A stretch of DNA of 64,000 bases. It comes from Gammaproteobacteria bacterium. GTDB taxonomy: Bacteria; Pseudomonadota; Gammaproteobacteria; GCA-001735895. The stretch lies in the NCBI GenBank assembly GCA_029862125.1, contig JAOTXY010000010.1, forward strand, positions 41 through 64,040. Direction: 5' to 3'. Numbering within the stretch: the first letter of the stretch is position 1; each line of letters begins with the position of its first letter. Positions 57,929 through 64,000 of the stretch are shown here, piece by piece. The notes below the pieces were generated by a model. It saw only the letters and a list, made by a program, of their open reading frames with translations. It ran no database searches and had not been told where the DNA came from. Made by a program: the position numbers and the translations under genes.

Positions 57929-58119
57929 TGAGTGCAGTCGAAACCTTGAGCGAGGCCCGCAGTCTAGTTGAATAAGCGGTTCTCTGGAACCGCAGATGGC
58001 TGTATCAAATGCGCCATCGATTTAGCTTTAACCGACCACGCCCGCGCTTCGGGCGCTTTTCGCTTTACCCAATGTCAGCAGGCTTGATATGCTACGCGCC
58101 TCGTAAATTCAGGTTCATC

Positions 58120-59370
58120 ATGAGCAAGTACTCCATTTTCTCACTGGTGCGTAACGCGATCAGTTACCACGAAAACTGGGCCGCCGCGTGGCGCAGTCCA
58201 GAGCCGCAGCAGGAGTACGATGCGCTGATTATCGGTGGTGGCGGTCACGGGCTCGCAACCGCTTACTACCTGGCTAAAGAGCACGGCATGACCAACATCG
58301 CGGTGCTAGAAAAAGGCTGGATTGGTGGTGGCAACACGGGACGTAACACCACCATCGTACGTTCCAATTACCTGTGGGATGAGTCGGCGCATCTGTATGA
58401 AAAATCGATGCAGCTGTGGGAAGGCTTGAGCCAGGATCTGAATTACAACGTCATGTTCAGCCAGCGCGGCGTTTATAACCTGGGGCATAACCTGCAGGAC
58501 ATGCGCGATATCCAGCGCCGTGTCAACGCCAATCGTCTGAACGGTATCGACGGGCACGTTGTCAATCCGGAAGAGATCAAGCGCGCGATACCCGAGATCA
58601 ATATCGACCAGGGATGCCGCTATCCAATCCTGGGCGCATCTTTCCAACCCCGCGGCGGGGTCGCGCGCCATGACGCAGTAGCCTGGGGCTTTGCGCGCGG
58701 CGCCGATATGCGCGGCGTTGATATCATTCAAAACTGTGAGGTAACCGCGATCAACCAGAAAAACGGGGCGGTTACCGGTGTCGAGACCACGCGTGGCCGG
58801 ATCAAGGCGAAGAAAATTGGCGTCGTGGTCGCCGGACACTGTTCGGTACTAGCCGAGATGGCCGGTTTTCGCATGCCGATCGAAAGTCATCCGCTGCAGG
58901 CGCTGGTGTCGGAACCGATCAAACCTGTAATCAACACGGTGATCATGTCGAACGCCGTGCATGGCTATATCAGCCAATCCGACAAGGGTGATCTCGTTAT
59001 CGGTGCCGGCATCGACAGTTACAATGGCTATGGTCAGCGCGGTAGCTTCCCGACGATCGAGCATACCGTCGCGGCAATCTGCGAAATGTTCCCCATCTTC
59101 AAACGCGTGCGCATGAACCGCCAGTGGGGCGGTATCGTCGATACCGCGCCCGACGCCTGTCCGATTATCGGCAATACCCCGGTCAAGGGACTTTACTTCA
59201 ACTGCGGCTGGGGCACCGGTGGTTTCAAAGCCACCCCCGGTTCCGGCTGGGTGTTTGCCCACAATGTCGCCACCGGCGAACCACACGAACTTAACCGGCC
59301 ATTTGCGCTGGATCGTTTCGTTAGCGGTTTCCTCATCGACGAGCACGGCGCTGCCGGCGTTGCGCATTAG
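58120..59370 (+). CDS. soxB: Sarcosine oxidase subunit beta
   Basis: Start [12 protein letters not shown] motif [18 protein letters not shown]. 416 aa. First gene of a soxBDAG arrangement. Confidence 0.9.
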   Translation: MSKYSIFSLVRNAISYHENWAAAWRSPEPQQEYDALIIGGGGHGLATAYYLAKEHGMTNIAVLEKGWIGGGNTGRNTTIVRSNYLWDESAHLYEKSMQLWEGLSQDLNYNVMFSQRGVYNLGHNLQDMRDIQRRVNANRLNGIDGHVVNPEEIKRAIPEINIDQGCRYPILGASFQPRGGVARHDAVAWGFARGADMRGVDIIQNCEVTAINQKNGAVTGVETTRGRIKAKKIGVVVAGHCSVLAEMAGFRMPIESHPLQALVSEPIKPVINTVIMSNAVHGYISQSDKGDLVIGAGIDSYNGYGQRGSFPTIEHTVAAICEMFPIFKRVRMNRQWGGIVDTAPDACPIIGNTPVKGLYFNCGWGTGGFKATPGSGWVFAHNVATGEPHELNRPFALDRFVSGFLIDEHGAAGVAH

Positions 59371-59382
59371 GAGACATGCAAG

Positions 59383-59667
59383 ATGTTGCTAATTGAATGC
59401 CCCTGGTGTGGCGTACGTGATGAAACTGAATTTACCTGTGCCGGCGAAGCGCATATCGCAAGACCGCTCGAAACCGAGAAGTTAAGCGACGAGGAATGGG
59501 CCGACTACCTGTTCATGCGCAACAACCCGAAGGGTGCTCACCGCGAACAATGGTTGCACGCAGCCGGTTGCCGTCGCTACTTCAATGCCGAGCGCGATAC
59601 TGTGACCTACCAGATCAAGGGCACCTACAAGATTGGTGAAAAGCCTCCCGGAAGAGGCAAGAAGTGA
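59383..59667 (+). CDS. soxD: Sarcosine oxidase subunit delta
   Basis: 94 aa. N-terminal MLLIECPWCGVRDETEF with a Zn-binding Cys cluster. Confidence 0.85.
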   Translation: MLLIECPWCGVRDETEFTCAGEAHIARPLETEKLSDEEWADYLFMRNNPKGAHREQWLHAAGCRRYFNAERDTVTYQIKGTYKIGEKPPGRGKK

Positions 59668-62600
59668 GTCAGCCTTTCCGAACCGCACAGGGTGGGCGCG
59701 TCGATCGTGAGCGGGAGATCAGCTTCACCTTTAATGGCAAGCGCTATACCGGCCTGGCCGGCGATACGCTGTGTTCGGCATTGCTCGCCAACGGCGTACA
59801 CCTGGTCGGACGTAGCTGGAAGTATCATCGTCCCCGTGGCGTTATGAGTGCGGGTTCGGAAGAACCGAACGCGATTTTCCAGGTAGAAAAGGGTAACCGT
59901 ACCATCCCCAATGCCCGTGGCACCCAGGTGGAGCTTTACGATGGCCTCGACGCGAACAGCGTCAATTGCTGGCCCAGCCTGGATTTTGATTTGCTGTCGA
60001 TCAACAGCCAGTTCAGCCGCCTGATGCCTGCCGGTTTTTACTACAAGACCTTCATGTGGCCGAAATCGATGTGGAAGAAATATGAACATTTCATTCGTAA
60101 GGCTTCGGGACTGGGTGAAACCCCGCGCGAGAATGATCCTGATCGATACGAACATGTTCACCAGCATTGTGATGTGCTCATTGTCGGCGGCGGAGTCGCC
60201 GGTCTTAGCGCGGCGCTTGCGGCAGGTCGTGCCGGCGCGCGCACGATCATCGCTGACGAACAATCCGAACCGGGCGGGATGACGCTTGCAGGCACGGCGC
60301 AGATCGATGGCGTTGACGCCAGCCAGTGGATCGAAAACGCGGTGGCCGAGTTAGGCAGCATGCCGGACGTGACACTGTTACCGCGCAGCACCGTGTTTGG
60401 TTATCACGATTACAATTTCCTGACCATAAACCAGCGTCTTAGCGATCACTTGCCGATTGCAGAACGCACCGGCGGACGCGAGAAACTGTGGCAGGTCAGG
60501 GCACACCAGGTCGTGCTCGCAACCGGTGCCGCTGAACGCCCACTGATTTTTGCCAATAACGACCGCCCCGGGATAATGCTGGCTTCCGCGGTATCAACCT
60601 ACGCGACTCGCTATGCGGTAAAACCAGGCAAACAGGCCGTCGTGTTCACCAACAATGATAGCGCTTACCAGGCTGCACTCGATCTAAATGCTGCCGGCGT
60701 CGAAGTCGTTGCCGTGGTCGACGTGCGTACCGATTCGGCCAGTGAAATCGCCAACACGGTGCGCAGTGCCGGCATCCAGGTGATCAATGGCAGCCTTGTT
60801 GTCGATACCACGGGTCGCAAACGGCTGCGCTCGGTGCAGGTCATGCGCCTGTCCGCGGATGGTTCCTCGGTGAGTGGTAATGTCAAATCGCTCGGCAGTG
60901 ATCTCCTCGCCGTCTCAGGTGGCTGGAGCCCGGTGGTGCACCTGAATGCCCAATCCGGGGCCAGGCCGGAATGGGATGACGCCAAGGCGATGTTTCTGCC
61001 CGGTACACCGACACAACCCCAGTTCTCGGTCGGTGCTGCAAACGGCAGGCTCGACCTGGCGGGATGCCTGGAACAGGGCACCGAGGCCGGTAACCATGCT
61101 GCTGCAGCTTGCGGTTTCGATGAAACGATGAAAGCCCCGTCTGCCGATACCGTCGACAGCGAGGCAATATTGCCGCTTTGGACCGCACCTTCACCCTACA
61201 CCCGGGGCCGGGGACCCAAAGCTTTCATCGACATGCAAAACGATGTTGGTGCGGCTGATATCCAGCTTGCAGTACGGGAAGGTTTTCAGTCTGTCGAGCA
61301 CGTCAAGCGTTACACCGCGATGGGCTTCGGTACCGACCAGGGCAAGCTAGGCAATATCAATGGTATGGCCATCCTCGCTGAAACCATGGGGCAGAGTATC
61401 GCCGCGACTGGCACCACGACCTACCGACCGAACTATACGCCAATCAGTTTCGGCGCGTTTGCCGGGCATAACCTGGGTGACAGGCTATTTGATCCGGTAC
61501 GCAAGACGGCGATGCACGCCTGGCACGAAGAAAATGGCGCTAAATTCGAGGATGTCGGGCAGTGGAAGCGCCCCTGGTATTACCCGCAGGCCGACGAAGA
61601 CCTGCACGCCGCGGTTAATCGTGAATGTCTCGCGGTGCGCGCGAGTGTCGGTATTCTCGATGCATCGACGCTCGGCAAGATCGAAATCAAGGGACCCGAT
61701 TCTGCGAAATTTCTTGAAATGATTTATACCAACAACTGGATGAAGCTTGAGAACGGCAAGGGACGCTACGGTTTCATGCTCGGTGAAGACGGTATGGTCA
61801 TGGATGACGGCGTTACCATACGCCTCGCAGAGGAGCATTTCTTTATGCACACGACCACCGGTGGTGCTGCTGGTGTGCTGGCGTGGATGGAACGCTGGCT
61901 GCAGACCGAATGGCCGCAGATGGAAGTTTTTCTGACTTCGGTGACCGATCACTGGGCGACAGCGGCCGTGGTGGGCCCGAAGAGTCGCGATGTCGTGGCA
62001 GCCGTGTGCGAGGGAATCGATTTTTCCGCGTCAGCGTTTCCATTCATGGCCTCGAAAACCGGCACCATCGGTGATATTGAATGTCGCGTGAATCGCATCA
62101 GTTTTTCCGGTGAACTCGCCTACGAAGTCAACATTCCGGCGAATCATGGTCGCTTCATGTGGGAACAGCTGATGCAGGCAGGGGAACAATTCGATATCAC
62201 CCCTTATGGCACCGAAACCATGCACGTGTTGCGTGCTGAAAAAGGCTACGTGATCGTCGGGCAGGATACGGATGGCTCGGTCACGGTTGAAGATCTGGGG
62301 CTAGGCTGGGCATTATCGAAAACCAAGGATGACTTCATCGGCAAACGCTCGTTGAGTCGACCGGACACGGTACGCAAGGACCGCAAGCAACTGGTCGGCC
62401 TGGTCACCGAAGACCCGCAGACGGTGATCCCCGAAGGCGCACAACTGGTGAACGACCCCGGGGCGCCGGTGCCGGTGCCGATGACAGGTCACGTGAGTTC
62501 GAGTTACTTCAGCGCCTGTTGCGGTCATTCGATCGCACTGGCGCTGGTGAAAGGCGGTCACCATCGAATCGGTGAAACCGTGTACGCGCCACTCTCCAAT

Positions 62601-62672
62601 GGTCGTGTGATCAAGGCCGAGATCACCGATCCCGTGTTTTACGACAAGGAAGGAGCGCAGCAGAATGTCTGA
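59664..62672 (+). CDS. soxA: Sarcosine oxidase subunit alpha
   Basis: About 1000 aa. GTG start overlapping the soxD stop. N-terminal 2Fe-2S-like region, NAD/FAD motif VLIVGGGVAGLSAA and C-terminal GcvT-like folate domain. Confidence 0.9.
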   Translation: MSQPFRTAQGGRVDREREISFTFNGKRYTGLAGDTLCSALLANGVHLVGRSWKYHRPRGVMSAGSEEPNAIFQVEKGNRTIPNARGTQVELYDGLDANSVNCWPSLDFDLLSINSQFSRLMPAGFYYKTFMWPKSMWKKYEHFIRKASGLGETPRENDPDRYEHVHQHCDVLIVGGGVAGLSAALAAGRAGARTIIADEQSEPGGMTLAGTAQIDGVDASQWIENAVAELGSMPDVTLLPRSTVFGYHDYNFLTINQRLSDHLPIAERTGGREKLWQVRAHQVVLATGAAERPLIFANNDRPGIMLASAVSTYATRYAVKPGKQAVVFTNNDSAYQAALDLNAAGVEVVAVVDVRTDSASEIANTVRSAGIQVINGSLVVDTTGRKRLRSVQVMRLSADGSSVSGNVKSLGSDLLAVSGGWSPVVHLNAQSGARPEWDDAKAMFLPGTPTQPQFSVGAANGRLDLAGCLEQGTEAGNHAAAACGFDETMKAPSADTVDSEAILPLWTAPSPYTRGRGPKAFIDMQNDVGAADIQLAVREGFQSVEHVKRYTAMGFGTDQGKLGNINGMAILAETMGQSIAATGTTTYRPNYTPISFGAFAGHNLGDRLFDPVRKTAMHAWHEENGAKFEDVGQWKRPWYYPQADEDLHAAVNRECLAVRASVGILDASTLGKIEIKGPDSAKFLEMIYTNNWMKLENGKGRYGFMLGEDGMVMDDGVTIRLAEEHFFMHTTTGGAAGVLAWMERWLQTEWPQMEVFLTSVTDHWATAAVVGPKSRDVVAAVCEGIDFSASAFPFMASKTGTIGDIECRVNRISFSGELAYEVNIPANHGRFMWEQLMQAGEQFDITPYGTETMHVLRAEKGYVIVGQDTDGSVTVEDLGLGWALSKTKDDFIGKRSLSRPDTVRKDRKQLVGLVTEDPQTVIPEGAQLVNDPGAPVPVPMTGHVSSSYFSACCGHSIALALVKGGHHRIGETVYAPLSNGRVIKAEITDPVFYDKEGAQQNV

Positions 62673-63243
62673 CCTTTTCCAACAGGAGAGCCCGCTGGTC
62701 CAGATTGAACTGGGCGAGACGGTTGGGAACGCCCCATTGATCGAAGAAAAACCTTTCCTGGGTTACGTTAACCTGCGCGGTCGCTCCGACAATACCAAGT
62801 TCCTGGCTGGAGCTTTGAAAGTGCTTGGCTGCGAGCCGCCGACAACCGCCAACACCGTGATTGAATCGGGCGACTATCGAATTTACTGGCTGGGTCCGGA
62901 CGAATGGTTGGTGGTGACACCGGCCGGCGGGCAAGGCCAGTTAAAGACTAAATTACTGTCTGCTATGAAAGGTGCATTTTGTTCCGTTGTCGATAATTCA
63001 AGCGGCCTGACCATGATTCATGTCAGCGGTGAGAATGCGGCTGCATTGCTTGCGACCGACTGTCCGCTCGATTTACATCCACGCGAATTCAAGCATGGAC
63101 AGTGTGCGCAGACGCGGCTCGCCAAGGCCGGCATGACGCTGTCGCCGCTGCCCGATAATTCCGGTTTCGAGGTCATTATCCGTCGCAGCTTTGCGGATTA
63201 CCTGCTGCTCTGGTTACAGGAAGCCGCGATCGCTTTCGAGTAG
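62665..63243 (+). CDS. soxG: Sarcosine oxidase subunit gamma
   Basis: 192 aa. 8-nt overlap with the soxA stop. Position and size typical of SoxG. Confidence 0.8.
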   Translation: MSDLFQQESPLVQIELGETVGNAPLIEEKPFLGYVNLRGRSDNTKFLAGALKVLGCEPPTTANTVIESGDYRIYWLGPDEWLVVTPAGGQGQLKTKLLSAMKGAFCSVVDNSSGLTMIHVSGENAAALLATDCPLDLHPREFKHGQCAQTRLAKAGMTLSPLPDNSGFEVIIRRSFADYLLLWLQEAAIAFE

Positions 63244-63290
63244 CCGTTGCCTGAAACGGAACTTTTTACTGCCAGATTTTCGGTTTAACC

Positions 63291-63920
63291 ATGTACTACG
63301 GCGAGAAACTCAATAGTATCAGCCACCTGGTCGGTGCCGTACTGGCACTGGTTGGATTGGGTGCATTACTCACCATTGGAATACAGTCAGGCGATCCGTG
63401 GATCATTTCGAGCTTTAGCGTTTTCGGCGTTACCCTGGTATTGCTCTATACCATGTCGACGCTGTATCACAGTTTTCATCCACCGAAGCTCAAGGACCTG
63501 TTCCAGCTGCTCGACCACGTTGCAATTTACCTTTTGATCGCTGGCACCTACACACCCTATATGCTGGTTAGCCTGCGCGACGGTAATGGTTTCCTGATTC
63601 TCGGCATCATCTGGGCACTCGCCATGGCGGGTATCTTGAGCGAGGTATTTTTATCCGGATGGGTGGTTAAAGTGGGGCAAATGCTGATCTACCTCGGTAT
63701 GGGATGGGCATGCGCATTTGATTTCGCCAGCCTTCAAACCGTGCTTCCCGGAGCAGGCCTGTGGTGGCTGACGGCCGGCGGTCTTGCTTACACCGGGGGC
63801 GTGGTGTTCTATATTCTCGACATGATGGATCGGTTGGTCCATGCCCACGGCATCTGGCATTTTTTTGTACTGGCCGGTTCCACCTGCCACTTTGTTTCGG
63901 TGATTGGTTACGTCAGGTAG
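63291..63920 (+). CDS. Hemolysin III/PAQR family membrane protein
   Basis: 209 aa, 7 TM helices. Conserved His-containing ends (EKLNSISHLVGA ... HAHGIWHFFVLAGSTCHF). Confidence 0.8.
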   Translation: MYYGEKLNSISHLVGAVLALVGLGALLTIGIQSGDPWIISSFSVFGVTLVLLYTMSTLYHSFHPPKLKDLFQLLDHVAIYLLIAGTYTPYMLVSLRDGNGFLILGIIWALAMAGILSEVFLSGWVVKVGQMLIYLGMGWACAFDFASLQTVLPGAGLWWLTAGGLAYTGGVVFYILDMMDRLVHAHGIWHFFVLAGSTCHFVSVIGYVR

Positions 63921-64000
63921 AGGTTTCCACCCGCAGTATCATCGTTATGCCGATATTTCGGAACACCACGAAAGCAGGAAGTGTAGACTGCCTCCAGGAA

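Noticed and set aside
58009-58119. N-terminal extension of the sarcosine oxidase beta ORF ([14 protein letters not shown]...)
   Set aside because: SoxB homologs begin near MSKYSIF. The extension is Arg-rich non-homologous sequence. The ATG at 58120 was chosen instead.
1-64000. Search for tRNA/rRNA genes, CRISPR arrays, integrases, transposases or defense-system ATPases and nucleases
   Set aside because: No cloverleaf-compatible stretches, no regularly spaced direct repeats with unique spacers, and no ORF with recombinase, transposase or typical defense-domain motifs were found by eye. The sulfur island therefore lacks an obvious mobility gene. The gene name sox applies to two unrelated systems here: soxYZ (sulfur oxidation) and soxBDAG (sarcosine oxidase).

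Overview
The window is a high-GC, gene-dense chromosomal segment that looks gammaproteobacterial, possibly from a marine osmolyte-degrading organism. It carries four functional blocks. (1) 1-4.2 kb, minus strand: an ABC exporter operon with a LolA-like outer-membrane lipoprotein-sorting protein, two FtsX-type permeases and an ATPase. (2) 4.4-24 kb: housekeeping and accessory genes. These are malate dehydrogenase, a DUF1800/DUF1501 pair, a SAM-methyltransferase, a GcvT/DmdA-like aminomethyltransferase, two SDRs, a three-subunit HcnABC/LhpBEF-like flavoenzyme, a GPAT-like acyltransferase, cytochrome c', YceI, a LysR regulator and a DMT transporter. (3) 24-37 kb: a quaternary-amine (carnitine/gamma-butyrobetaine-type) catabolic cluster. 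It has a GlxA/CdhR-like regulator divergent from a BKACE enzyme and an L-carnitine-dehydrogenase-like gene, then acyl-CoA dehydrogenase, an ADP-forming acyl-CoA synthetase, a crotonase, acetoacetyl-CoA synthetase, etfBA and a family-5 substrate-binding protein. (4) 52-63 kb: dimethylglycine-dehydrogenase-like and heterotetrameric sarcosine oxidase (soxBDAG) genes, plus MetY, a CBS protein, a DMT transporter and a hemolysin-III protein. Between blocks 3 and 4, at about 40.6-52.0 kb, sits a roughly 12 kb periplasmic sulfur-oxidation island. It encodes a monoheme cytochrome with FccB, SoxY and SoxZ (C-terminal GGCGG), a TlpA thioredoxin, several c-type cytochromes, a periplasmic rhodanese, and a second FccB/SoxF-like flavoprotein with a diheme cytochrome. 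Its left edge abuts an approximately 235 bp remnant (about 80% identical) of the 3' end of the dimethylglycine dehydrogenase gene; the intact gene lies at the right edge. The most unusual content lies inside this island. One secreted protein is built from 11 tandem nonapeptide repeats of consensus [F/W]-M-N-P-x-x-Y-M-x. Its neighbour is a Met-rich monoheme cytochrome sharing the MNP-x-x-Y motif. No tRNA, rRNA, CRISPR array, integrase or transposase was recognised by eye.
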